NCBI GenBank assembly: GCA_049968255.1
Contig: JBMFRB010000001.1
Coordinates: forward strand, 128,001 to 192,000
Length of the DNA stretch: 64,000 bases
Source of the DNA: Candidatus Sumerlaeaceae bacterium
GTDB lineage: Bacteria > Sumerlaeota > Sumerlaeia > Sumerlaeales > Sumerlaeaceae
Reading direction: 5' to 3'
A program made the translations under genes and the position numbers. The notes under the pieces were generated by a model that worked only from the letters and a program-made list of their open reading frames with translations, was not told where the DNA came from and ran no database searches. Positions within the stretch are counted from its first letter, which is position 1. Each line of letters begins with the position of its first letter. Shown piece by piece: positions 18,932 through 28,193 of this stretch.

Positions 18932-20146
18932 TTATGCCTTTCCAATCGCTTGACGAAATGAATCTGCTCGAGCGGAGAGCGCCACAATGATGATGCCGGC
19001 GAGCATCACGGCCATAGCTGTTGCGAAGGCAACTGAGGGGCCGACAGTAGCCCAAAGCGCCCCAACAGCAAGGCTGCTGACGAGATCGCCCGTGCCCGTG
19101 GTGATGGCCAACGCGCCGTAGGCACTACCGCGGCGCGCGTCGCCGACGAGGTCTGCCACAATCGTATCCTCAACTGTCTCGTAGAGCCCGACCGCTATAC
19201 CGCCTAAGGCAAAGAGAGTCACGAGGGCAGGCAAACCGGTGAAGTGAACGACCATGATTCCTGCTGCGGCGGCAGCACACAAATAACCGATGACGAGGAG
19301 AATTCGCCGATTGATGTGATCGGACAGCCATCCACCTCCGTAAGACATGGCCGCATAGGTGACGTTATGGAGCGTGTAGAGCACGACGCTTAGCTCAGCG
19401 GCTTTCTGCGCGCCTAGCGACGGTTTGAGCACTGATACGGCGTAGAGGATATAGAATGTGTCCGCGAAGTCTCCTAATCCGAAGATGCCGACGCCAACGA
19501 GAAAGCGATAAAAACGAGCAGGAAGTCCTCCGAGACTCGTCAGCAATGGGCGCCGTACGGGCTCCTTCTCTGGTCGTTCGCGCACCAAAACCGTGATGCA
19601 CAAGGCAGCCAATAAGCCGGGAATCATGCTGAGAGCGATAATGTGGCGATGGGCTAATCCGAGATCTAAAAGGCCGAGGACGATGAGGGGGGCCACAATC
19701 GCTCCCGTGGTGTCCATGGCGCGTTCGAGGCCGAAGGCGCGCCCGTAAAATTCCGGGGCGACTGCGTCGGCGAGCAGCGCTTTGCGCGCTGGCGTACGCA
19801 AACCGCGGCTCACCCAGGCGAGAGTACGGCCGACGATCACCCAAAGGGGAGAGAGAGCAGCCGCGATAACGAGCGGGGAAAACCCCATGACCGCATAGCC
19901 GGTGGCACACAGTGGTTTGCGACGGCGAAGACGATCCGCCAACCATCCACCATAAAACTTCGCCACCATCGAGGCGCCGTCGGCGATCCCCTCGACGGCG
20001 CCTAGCACTGCTGCCGCAGCGCCAAAAGTGGCGAGGTAAGCGGGGAGAACACTTGTAACCGTTTCGTGGCTAAGATCGCTGAAAAAAGAGGCCAGACCAA
20101 TGCCGAGAACGGTCGAATTAAGCCAACGCTGGGTTTTGCCACTCAT
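18932..20146 (-). CDS. MFS transporter
   Basis: About 12 hydrophobic segments; SDLSHE, GWLADRLRRRK, GLRTPARKALLAD, GRAFGLERAMDTTGA. Confidence 0.9.
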   Translation of the reverse strand: MSGKTQRWLNSTVLGIGLASFFSDLSHETVTSVLPAYLATFGAAAAVLGAVEGIADGASMVAKFYGGWLADRLRRRKPLCATGYAVMGFSPLVIAAALSPLWVIVGRTLAWVSRGLRTPARKALLADAVAPEFYGRAFGLERAMDTTGAIVAPLIVLGLLDLGLAHRHIIALSMIPGLLAALCITVLVRERPEKEPVRRPLLTSLGGLPARFYRFLVGVGIFGLGDFADTFYILYAVSVLKPSLGAQKAAELSVVLYTLHNVTYAAMSYGGGWLSDHINRRILLVIGYLCAAAAAGIMVVHFTGLPALVTLFALGGIAVGLYETVEDTIVADLVGDARRGSAYGALAITTGTGDLVSSLAVGALWATVGPSVAFATAMAVMLAGIIIVALSARADSFRQAIGKA

Positions 20147-20364
20147 AGCCCAAAACATCCTTTTTTGTTGTGTGATGTGGCTAGATGGAACAAACAGCAG
20201 TTCTTCTGCAATTCCTGATTCCAGGCATGCGCACAACAGACGTGGTTTGCTAAAACATTCTTGGTAGAAAACAGCCAAACAGTCCTGTGAACTCCGTTGG
20301 ATCTGCTAAGAGTGGTTGTTGGAGGAAACACCTTCTCCTACTCACACAGCTTTGTTCTACGAGG

Positions 20365-20477
20365 AGAAGTCATCAGTTCCCACGCGCGGGGCTATTCTAT
20401 AAAGCCATTCGTCTTTTTCTGCTGCGCAATACATCAGTCCCGACGCGCGGGGCGATTCTACGGCAGACTTCATTGGC
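20365..20477 (-). ncRNA. Fluoride (crcB) riboswitch-like element with internal duplication
   Basis: Minus strand GCCAATGAAGTCTGCC...AATCGC...CTGATG...AATAGC...CTGATGACTTCT; GAAGTC/GACTTC pseudoknot complementarity; upstream of an operon ending in crcB. Confidence 0.65.
20371..20460. repeat. 29-bp imperfect direct repeat (20371-20399 and 20432-20460, 26/29 identical)
   Basis: catcagttcccacgcgcggggctattcta vs catcagtcccgacgcgcggggcgattcta. Confidence 0.9.
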
Positions 20478-20641
20478 GTTGAGCGCCTAAATCTAGCAGC
20501 TGGTTGGGAACTACTCAAAACTATGGAAAGCGATGCGGCGTGTCGTTGAGGCTTGAACAGCGGCGTAGCGAGCGCCAGGAATAACCCAGCAGGCGAAGAG
20601 AAACCACTGCTTGCTAACTAAAAATCAAGGAGGGGCAGCAG

Positions 20642-21844
20642 ATGCAGGACGACGTTCAGAAAGCGTTTGAACAGCAGGTCCAGGCGAGCGGCGGCGCCCC
20701 CTCGGGAACGCCAGGTGGTGGGCTCACTGGCATGCAACTGCTGGAAAAACTGGTGCAGGTGTTAGAACTCAAGGGGGGATCCGATGTCCATCTGGTGGAG
20801 GGTGAAGCTCCGCGGGTGCGCATTCACGGCGATCTGATTCCCATCGTTTCCAAGGAACATCCGGTGGTAACACGCGAGGACATCATGGATATCCTCAATC
20901 GGTCGCTGGCGCCAGATCAACGCCGACAATTCGAGGAAACATCGGACGTCGATTTTTCGCTTGCCTTTCGCAACGCCACGGGACGCGTAAATGTGGGCTA
21001 CGCGAACGGGCGGCGCCTACATCTCGTCATGCGTTATTTGCCGAGCAAGATCATTCCTCTCGACGAGTTGGGAATTGATCCAGTCATGCTGCGAAAACTT
21101 GCAGACACAGAGCGCGGCATTGTCCTGGTAGCCGGCCAAACCAGCTCGGGAAAAACAACCACGATTGCGGCGATGCTCGATTACATCAACCGCACTCGCT
21201 ATGGTTCAATCTCCACGATTGAGAATCCTGTGGAATACATGATCCCGAGCCAAAAGTGCTTGGTGACACGCCGCGAAATCGGACGCGATACGCCAGATTT
21301 TTTCCACGCGTTGCGCGCCAGCGTGCGAAAGAATCCTGATGTCTTGCTCATCGGCGAAATTCGCGATGCGGAAACCGCGGAAATTGCTCTAAGTGCAGCT
21401 GAAACCGGTATCCATACTTTTGGGACAATCCATGCCGTCGGTGCCGTGCCTGCGATCACGCGTCTGCAGCACGTAGTAGGAGCCACCGGAAGAGAGGAAG
21501 AAGAATTCTATAACCGCTTGGCGCAAACCTTGCGTGGCATCATCAGCCAGCAATTGGTCAAAGCTGCGGATAGCACGGGACTTGTGCCCATTTATGAGAT
21601 TCTCAACATCACCTACACAGAGAAAATGTACCTTATCCAGCGCGACTTGGCGCGATTGGAGCAGAGCCTGGAAGCCGATCACAATATCTCGATGGGTCAT
21701 TGCATTTATAAACTCTGGCACCAAAAGCCGCGTCGCATTGACGAGGAAACTATCCGCAGACTATATCCAGATCAGTTCAGCCTCATGATGAACCGTTTGT
21801 CGGATGCGCGGGGATGGAAACCTCTGGTAAGCACAGTCGGCTGA
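20642..21844 (+). CDS. pilT: PilT/PilU-family pilus retraction ATPase
   Basis: GSDVHL, Walker A GQTSSGKTT, TIENPVEY, VLLIGEIRD, His box TGIHTFGTIH. Confidence 0.8.
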   Translation: MQDDVQKAFEQQVQASGGAPSGTPGGGLTGMQLLEKLVQVLELKGGSDVHLVEGEAPRVRIHGDLIPIVSKEHPVVTREDIMDILNRSLAPDQRRQFEETSDVDFSLAFRNATGRVNVGYANGRRLHLVMRYLPSKIIPLDELGIDPVMLRKLADTERGIVLVAGQTSSGKTTTIAAMLDYINRTRYGSISTIENPVEYMIPSQKCLVTRREIGRDTPDFFHALRASVRKNPDVLLIGEIRDAETAEIALSAAETGIHTFGTIHAVGAVPAITRLQHVVGATGREEEEFYNRLAQTLRGIISQQLVKAADSTGLVPIYEILNITYTEKMYLIQRDLARLEQSLEADHNISMGHCIYKLWHQKPRRIDEETIRRLYPDQFSLMMNRLSDARGWKPLVSTVG

Positions 21845-21958
21845 GTCATCGAGCTCGCCAAAAACCCGAGGTCGGCAACTTGAGGAGCAGCTTGTCGTGA
21901 GCCCAATAAGGCTTCGCATGTTCTACGAGTGATCAGAGCAAGGCCTCAAACCTAGGGC

Positions 21959-23590
21959 TTAGGCTCTCCTTGTGTTTGGGCGCGGGGTTTTAATTCCGTG
22001 AAAGCACAACTCGAGATGAAAGCGCGCAGGAGGGCGCGTGACAAGTGAAACGACCACCGCAGTGATGGCAGAAAGGGGCAGGGCGATGATTTGCGCATCC
22101 ATACCGCTCCAGGGAAGGCCCAGTAATGTCTCCTTGCCGAACAGGAGTGTGCATAGCCCTAGCCCTGCTGCACTCTTTTCCTGCACAAAGGTGAGCCATG
22201 CAAGCGACACAAGCGAGCCGACCAGCATGCTGGCAATGGCACCGGCTCGCGTCATCCGATGCCAGAACAACGCACCCACATAGGCCGGGAGAAAGGTCGC
22301 TCCGCACAAACCAAAAAATACCGCTGTCGCCTGCGCAATGATGCTGCCTGGCAGTATGAATGCCAACACCACCGTGATAAGCAGCGCCACCACAATGCCC
22401 AACCGCGTGACCAAAACCGTTCGCTGATGCCCAGCGGGCGAAAGTTTAAGTGTTTGCTCCCACAGATCACGTCCGATGGCTGTGCCAATCGTGTGAAACT
22501 GTGACGACATCGTGGACATCGCCGCCGATAAGAGTGTCAGCAAGAAGATGATCAAAAACCAGTCTGGCATGAACATCGTAATGAACAACGGTATGATAGC
22601 GTCAATGTTTCCATTGGGAGCCGCCGCGATGGCTACCTTGCCGATCTTGTTCATGAAGTACACGTTGGACAACGCACCTACGATGTACGCTACGCCAGCG
22701 GTCATGAAAATGAAAAATGCTCCCACACCTACGCCGCGGTTGAGCTCGCGGTTGGAATTCACGGTCATGAAACGCACGGCAAGTTGTGGCTGGGCAAGCA
22801 CGCCAATACCTACGCCCATGACGATGGTTGTGATAACGAGATACCAGAGCTTGGATCCGAACACAGGCATCGCTGTCCAACTGACAATGCCGCCAGCCTT
22901 GAGCTTCTCAGGGATGTGAGGAGCCAAATCTGTAAGCGCTTGATGCGCGGGAACAATTCCTCCGAGCCCTGCATAGACAGAAACAAGAAGAATGCCCATT
23001 CCCACGAGCATGATGGCCCCCTGAAAAGCGTCCGTGTACATCACACCTTTCAGCCCACCAGCAATGACATATGCAGCCACGACTAGCGAGAAGATGGTGA
23101 CCGCAACTTCATAAGAAATGTGGAAAGACTGCTCGATGAAGCGCGCGCCACCGATCAGGACAGCAGCCGCATAGAGAGGCATGAAAAGAAAGATGAGCAA
23201 TGCCGAGTACGCATGAATAAAGCGCGACTGGTAGCGCCGGCCGAGCAGCTCGGGAAAAGTATGGACACCAAGGTTATGGCTGAGAGGCCGGACTCTTTTG
23301 CCGAAAATGAGAAACGCCACGGCAATCCCTAGGAAGATATTGAGAAAAGGAAGCCAGAGGAGACTGAGGCCGAATGCAGCCGCAGCGCCGCCGAATCCGA
23401 CAATGGCTGACGTGGAGATGAAGGTCGAGCCGTAGCTAAGAGCCATGATGAGAGGATGGGTCTTACGGCCCGCCACGAGAAAATCGGTGGCGGTATGAGT
23501 TTCGAGATAAGCTTTTATACCGAGATAGACTGTTGCCGAAAGATAGACAAGAGCCGCCAGCGTTAGGAGAACGATGTTCGAGTGATCCAT
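21959..23590 (-). CDS. Sodium:solute symporter (SSS family)
   Basis: Start MDHSN; DFLVAGR, STFISTSAIVG, GGLKGVMYTD, QPQLAVRF, SAAMST. Confidence 0.9.
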   Translation of the reverse strand: MDHSNIVLLTLAALVYLSATVYLGIKAYLETHTATDFLVAGRKTHPLIMALSYGSTFISTSAIVGFGGAAAAFGLSLLWLPFLNIFLGIAVAFLIFGKRVRPLSHNLGVHTFPELLGRRYQSRFIHAYSALLIFLFMPLYAAAVLIGGARFIEQSFHISYEVAVTIFSLVVAAYVIAGGLKGVMYTDAFQGAIMLVGMGILLVSVYAGLGGIVPAHQALTDLAPHIPEKLKAGGIVSWTAMPVFGSKLWYLVITTIVMGVGIGVLAQPQLAVRFMTVNSNRELNRGVGVGAFFIFMTAGVAYIVGALSNVYFMNKIGKVAIAAAPNGNIDAIIPLFITMFMPDWFLIIFLLTLLSAAMSTMSSQFHTIGTAIGRDLWEQTLKLSPAGHQRTVLVTRLGIVVALLITVVLAFILPGSIIAQATAVFFGLCGATFLPAYVGALFWHRMTRAGAIASMLVGSLVSLAWLTFVQEKSAAGLGLCTLLFGKETLLGLPWSGMDAQIIALPLSAITAVVVSLVTRPPARFHLELCFHGIKTPRPNTRRA

Positions 23591-23606
23591 TGGTTTGCTT
23601 TCTCCC

Positions 23607-23786
23607 TCACCCCAAACTCTCTTCGATTTTTTCTTCTTCCTCAGCCCAGGCAAACTCCTCTTGGGGCGGAGGAAAAAGCTCCCCATCGCGATCCCAGTTG
23701 AGCCAACCGTAAATGAGACAGCCGATCGTCACAAGAATCGTCAAAACGTACGCGAGGAAAACCCAAAGATCCGCAAAACCAAGCAT
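23607..23786 (-). CDS. Symporter small accessory membrane protein
   Basis: MLGFADLWVFLAYVL...YGWLNW with acidic tail, directly upstream of the SSS gene. Confidence 0.75.
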   Translation of the reverse strand: MLGFADLWVFLAYVLTILVTIGCLIYGWLNWDRDGELFPPPQEEFAWAEEEEKIEESLG

Positions 23787-24090
23787 AGCACGTCTCCCGT
23801 ACCTCCACAAGGGAGGAAAATCGAAGCTAAGTTCGTAATGTGTGAACTTGCGGGAGTCAAATCAAATACTCATAGAGGAATGAACTCACACAAGGCGAGA
23901 GCACTCGCGATGAGATGACGGCTTGGCTAATGACGGCTGTGCGGAGCGGTAGCAATAGTGCCACAGCTCATCCCCACATGAGAATGAGGAAATACAGTTG
24001 GAAGAAATAATAGAAGAGCGGAGATGCAGCCGGCTTTTGCTGAGCTGCTCCTCCGCTATAATTGCGCAGTGGGTTTGCCTTCGGTCTATA

Positions 24091-24567
24091 TTACCAACGA
24101 TAGTGAGCAAAGGCTTTGTTGGCTTCCGCCATGCGGTGCGTATCTTCCTTTTTCTTAATCGCAACGCCAGTGTTATTGAATGCGTCGAACAGTTCGTTGG
24201 CCAGTCGCTCCCGCATGGTTTTTTCGCTGCGATTTCGCGCCGCTTCAATGATCCATCGGATTGCAAGCGACACGCGACGCTCGGGTCGCACTTCAACCGG
24301 CACCTGATAGTTCGCACCACCGACTCGGCGCGATTTCACTTCAAGCACGGGTTTGACGTTCTCAACAGCTTGTGTGAAAAACTCCAACTCGTCCTGATTT
24401 TCACCCACGCGCTTCGCGCCTGCCTCGATGGCGCCATAGACAATTTTCTGGGCCACAGACTTCTTGCCGCGCTGCATAACGCAATTGATAAATTTGGACA
24501 CCAGCTCGCTGTTGTACTTGACGTCTGGCGGAATCACTCTTTTGACGGCTACGCGCTTGCGCGCCAT
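24091..24567 (-). CDS. rpsG: 30S ribosomal protein S7 (no rpsL or fusA adjacent)
   Basis: [45 protein letters not shown]. Confidence 0.97.
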   Translation of the reverse strand: MARKRVAVKRVIPPDVKYNSELVSKFINCVMQRGKKSVAQKIVYGAIEAGAKRVGENQDELEFFTQAVENVKPVLEVKSRRVGGANYQVPVEVRPERRVSLAIRWIIEAARNRSEKTMRERLANELFDAFNNTGVAIKKKEDTHRMAEANKAFAHYRW

Positions 24568-24719
24568 GGGCAACCAATCCTCCAGTGAAATTCTGCAGAA
24601 AAAACCGCTTTCGTGTTTATAGGGTTAGCGGCAGTTTATTCAAGCTGCGTTGCTAGCGAATTGTTGGCCTGTCGCCGAGGGGAAGGCTTAGCGATCCGTG
24701 GCAGCGCACACCGAGCTGC

Positions 24720-25952
24720 TTGCATGAGCAAGAAAACGTGATGGAAGATCTAACAACAAGCAACAAAGCGGCGAGGGTGAGATGGTTCCGCCTTGCGGCA
24801 ATTGGGCTTTCTCTGGTCTTTTCGCTTCTGGTTCTTGAGATCACTGTTCGTGTCACCCTGGCAGCACGTCCCAACGACATTGAAGCACTCCGACGCTTCG
24901 AGCACGCCAAACGTACGGCCGGCGAACTGAAAATGATTCACTTTGTTCGGCTTAGCAAAAACCCGCGAATGATTTACGAAATGGTGCCCAATGTGAACGG
25001 CACATTCCACGAGGCACCGTTACGCACCAATTCGGCCGGCTTTGCCGACCGGGAGCGCCCGCTTAAAAAACCGAGGGACACTTTCCGGATCGCGGTCGTG
25101 GGCGATTCGATCGCCTTCGGCTGGGGCGTGGCACAGGAAGATCGTTACTCGGACCTTCTCGAACGTTTTCTCAACGAATCGACCACCACCGCCACACACT
25201 ATGAAGTTCTTAACTTTGGTATTCCCGGCTACAATACTGTTATGGAAGCAGCTCTGCTGCGCGACCGAGTGTTGGCCTATGATCCGGATTTGCTTGTGCT
25301 GGGCTATTGTGCCGACAACGACACAAGTTTGCCGAATTTCATCGTGAAACCGCGGCCGCTTCTCACGTTGACCCATTCCTATTTGTGGGATGTGATAAAG
25401 TCACGGTCGGTGAAGCCCGCGAAGATGGCGCTGGAAGGGGGGGTCGAGTACAGCGACCCGGCAAACATTCCACCAGAATACGAGTTTTTGGTTGGCTGGG
25501 CACATGCGGCGAACGCGCTGCGGGACATCGCCGAAGTCGCACGCCAGCGAAACATGCCGGTCGTGTTTCTGCGCGACTATTACTATCTTGAACCCTATCG
25601 GCAGGAAACCAGCGCGACGGTGGCGGACATTGGAGCTCCTGCCGACGCATTGGCACGCCAACTCGGGTTCGTTGTGGTGCGGCCGATCGAAGCCATGGTG
25701 AGGTTCCTAGACGCGCACAGCCTGCATTCGTTTGCCCTGAGCGTGGCTCCGGATAAGGGCGATGCCCATCCGAATCCCGTGCGACATGCTTTGTTGGCAC
25801 GTGAGCTTTATCAAGCTCTCGTGGAGAACCGCCTGCTGCCCGATGCGCAACAGCGCGATAAAAATAAGGAGGTGGACAAAGCACGCTGGGAGGCGATCGT
25901 CGAAGCTGCGTTGAAAAAAACTCGTATTGAGGCGGAAAACAGGCGGCGATGA
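24720..25952 (+). CDS. Membrane-anchored SGNH/GDSL hydrolase
   Basis: N-terminal TM; GDSIAFG, NFGIPGYNT, DND, DAHPN blocks. Confidence 0.85.
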   Translation: MHEQENVMEDLTTSNKAARVRWFRLAAIGLSLVFSLLVLEITVRVTLAARPNDIEALRRFEHAKRTAGELKMIHFVRLSKNPRMIYEMVPNVNGTFHEAPLRTNSAGFADRERPLKKPRDTFRIAVVGDSIAFGWGVAQEDRYSDLLERFLNESTTTATHYEVLNFGIPGYNTVMEAALLRDRVLAYDPDLLVLGYCADNDTSLPNFIVKPRPLLTLTHSYLWDVIKSRSVKPAKMALEGGVEYSDPANIPPEYEFLVGWAHAANALRDIAEVARQRNMPVVFLRDYYYLEPYRQETSATVADIGAPADALARQLGFVVVRPIEAMVRFLDAHSLHSFALSVAPDKGDAHPNPVRHALLARELYQALVENRLLPDAQQRDKNKEVDKARWEAIVEAALKKTRIEAENRRR

Positions 25953-26220
25953 GATGCGGCAAGGCCACCGCCTAGCATCGAAAGCCACTCAGTCCGGCGC
26001 ATTTCGGTTACAAGGCTGGCAGAGCCTGGAGAAATCGGGCTCTACATCGCGAAAACGACGGCTGGGTGGGCGAATTCCTTGCACGGTAAAGTCTTAGAGC
26101 AAGCGGAAGAAATTACTTGGCAGGCATGTTTTTTAGACATGTGATAGGGACAACCGTAAGGCAAGACTCTAGAGCTCGGTCCTGCACAGGGCCGCAGCGT
26201 AAAAGGAGTGCAACTGAGAG

Positions 26221-28047
26221 ATGGCAGCAAAGAATGCCCGGGTGATCGTAGTAGGCGGCGGCTTGGCCGGACTCATGACCACAATCAAACTGGCGGAAGC
26301 CGGAATGCCGGTGGATTTATTCTCTATTGTGCCGGTGAAGCGTTCGCATTCCGTGTGCGCCCAAGGTGGAATAAACGGAGCGAAGAATCTGAAGGGCGAG
26401 GGTGATTCGCCGGAGATTCATTTCGACGATACTGTGTACGGCGGGGATTTTTTGGCAAATCAGCCTCCTGTCCGCGGCATGTGCTACGCAGCGCCCGCTA
26501 TCATTGACCTGTTCGACCGTATGGGAGTGATGTTCAACCGCACTCCTGAGGGGTTGTTGGACTTCCGACGCTTTGGCGGCACGCTCTACCACCGCACAGC
26601 ATTTGCTGGCGCCACAACGGGACAACAGTTACTCTACGCTCTCGACGAGCAGGTTCGCCGCTGGGAAGATGCTGGCCTTGTGAAAAAATACGAGATGTGG
26701 GAGTTCCTGCGCGTTGTCGTTGACGACAGTGGGCGATGCCGCGGAATCGTGGCGGTGGACATCCGCAACTTGGAAGTTCGGCCATTTCGCGCCGATGCGG
26801 TAGTGCTGGCCACAGGCGGCCCTGGGCTGATTTTCGGTCGCTCGACCAATTCGATGATCAACACCGGCGCGGCGAATTCTCGCGCATATCAGCAAGGGGC
26901 GATCTATGCAAACGGCGAGTTTATTCAGGTTCACCCCACAGCGATCCCGGGCGAGGACAAGCTGCGCCTCATGAGTGAGTCGGCCCGTGGCGAAGGAGGC
27001 CGCGTCTGGGTTTGGGGCGACTCGAACAAAGTCTACCGCAATCCGTTCATTCGCGACGCGCATGGCAATCCTAAAGAATTCCGATGTGGCGAGACTGGCA
27101 AACCTTGGTATTTCCTGGAGGACATGTATCCGAAATACGGCAACCTCGTGCCGCGCGATGTGGCCACGCGCGAAATTTTCATGGTCTGCGTGCACCTCAA
27201 GATGGGGATTGACGGCCAGAACAAAGTTTATCTGGACCTCACGCACATTGACCGCGAAGAACTAGAGCGCAAGCTGGGGGGAATTCTTGAAATCTATCGT
27301 AAATTCGTGGGGGTCGACCCCGCAGAGAAACCGATGGAGATTTTCCCCGCTGTGCACTACTCGATGGGTGGGTTGTGGTGCGACTACAACCAAATGACGA
27401 ATATCCCCGGCCTTTACGTGTGCGGGGAGGCAGACTTTCAGTATCATGGCGCAAACCGCTTAGGCGCAAATTCGTTGCTGTCATGCATCTACGCCGGAAT
27501 GGTCGCAGGCCCGCACATCGTCAGCTATGTGAAGTCGCTGAGCAAAGGAGCGCAAGACGTCCCATCGAGCGTATTCGAGGCTGAGCAGCGCAAAGAGGAG
27601 CAAGACATTGCTGCAATCCTAAAGATGAGCGGAAGTGAGAACGCGTTTGCGCTGTGGCGGGAAATGGGGCAATGGATGAACGAAAATGTCACGATCGTGC
27701 GCTACAACGAGAAACTTGAGGAGACCGACAAGAAGCTTTGCGAATTGCTTGATCGTTGGAAACATGTTGATGTGAACGACACCAACCGCACGTTGAACAC
27801 AAGCGTGCTTTTCACAAAGCAATTGCGCGACATGCTGCACTTGGCTCGCTGCATCACGCTTGGAGCCTTGGCACGCAACGAGAGCCGCGGGGCACACTAC
27901 AAGCCTGAATTCCCAGATCGCGACGACAAAAACTGGCTCAAGACGACTAAGGCGACATTCACTCCTGATGGGCCTAAGTTTGATTACGAGCCCGTGGATG
28001 TTAGCCTGATCCCGCCGCGCCCGCGTGTGTACGCCAACGCTAGTTGA
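26221..28047 (+). CDS. sdhA: Succinate dehydrogenase/fumarate reductase flavoprotein (Bacillus-type)
   Basis: VVGGGLAG, RSHSVCAQGG (covalent FAD His), QVHPT, SESARGEGG, HYSMGG, HGANRLGANSL. Confidence 0.95.
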   Translation: MAAKNARVIVVGGGLAGLMTTIKLAEAGMPVDLFSIVPVKRSHSVCAQGGINGAKNLKGEGDSPEIHFDDTVYGGDFLANQPPVRGMCYAAPAIIDLFDRMGVMFNRTPEGLLDFRRFGGTLYHRTAFAGATTGQQLLYALDEQVRRWEDAGLVKKYEMWEFLRVVVDDSGRCRGIVAVDIRNLEVRPFRADAVVLATGGPGLIFGRSTNSMINTGAANSRAYQQGAIYANGEFIQVHPTAIPGEDKLRLMSESARGEGGRVWVWGDSNKVYRNPFIRDAHGNPKEFRCGETGKPWYFLEDMYPKYGNLVPRDVATREIFMVCVHLKMGIDGQNKVYLDLTHIDREELERKLGGILEIYRKFVGVDPAEKPMEIFPAVHYSMGGLWCDYNQMTNIPGLYVCGEADFQYHGANRLGANSLLSCIYAGMVAGPHIVSYVKSLSKGAQDVPSSVFEAEQRKEEQDIAAILKMSGSENAFALWREMGQWMNENVTIVRYNEKLEETDKKLCELLDRWKHVDVNDTNRTLNTSVLFTKQLRDMLHLARCITLGALARNESRGAHYKPEFPDRDDKNWLKTTKATFTPDGPKFDYEPVDVSLIPPRPRVYANAS

Positions 28048-28193
28048 ATCCGTCTTGGGGTGAGACTCGCTTCGGAAACAACGCCGCGATTGAGCTGGTG
28101 TAAAACATTCCCCTCCCTGGTCTGGCAAAGACCATGGAGGGGATTTCTCTGAGGGCAGAAGGAAGTGAATACGCTGCTTCAGGCACTGAGGCA

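Noticed and set aside
20371-20460. Two 29-bp repeats with a 32-bp spacer as a mini-CRISPR
   Set aside because: Only two imperfect copies, no cas genes, and the repeat matches the 3' half of a fluoride riboswitch upstream of a crcB operon
23790-24090. Riboswitch (Na+ or c-di-GMP) upstream of the SSS symporter
   Set aside because: Only a GGCAAACC fragment and a short ATGACGGCT repeat; no full consensus recognisable by eye
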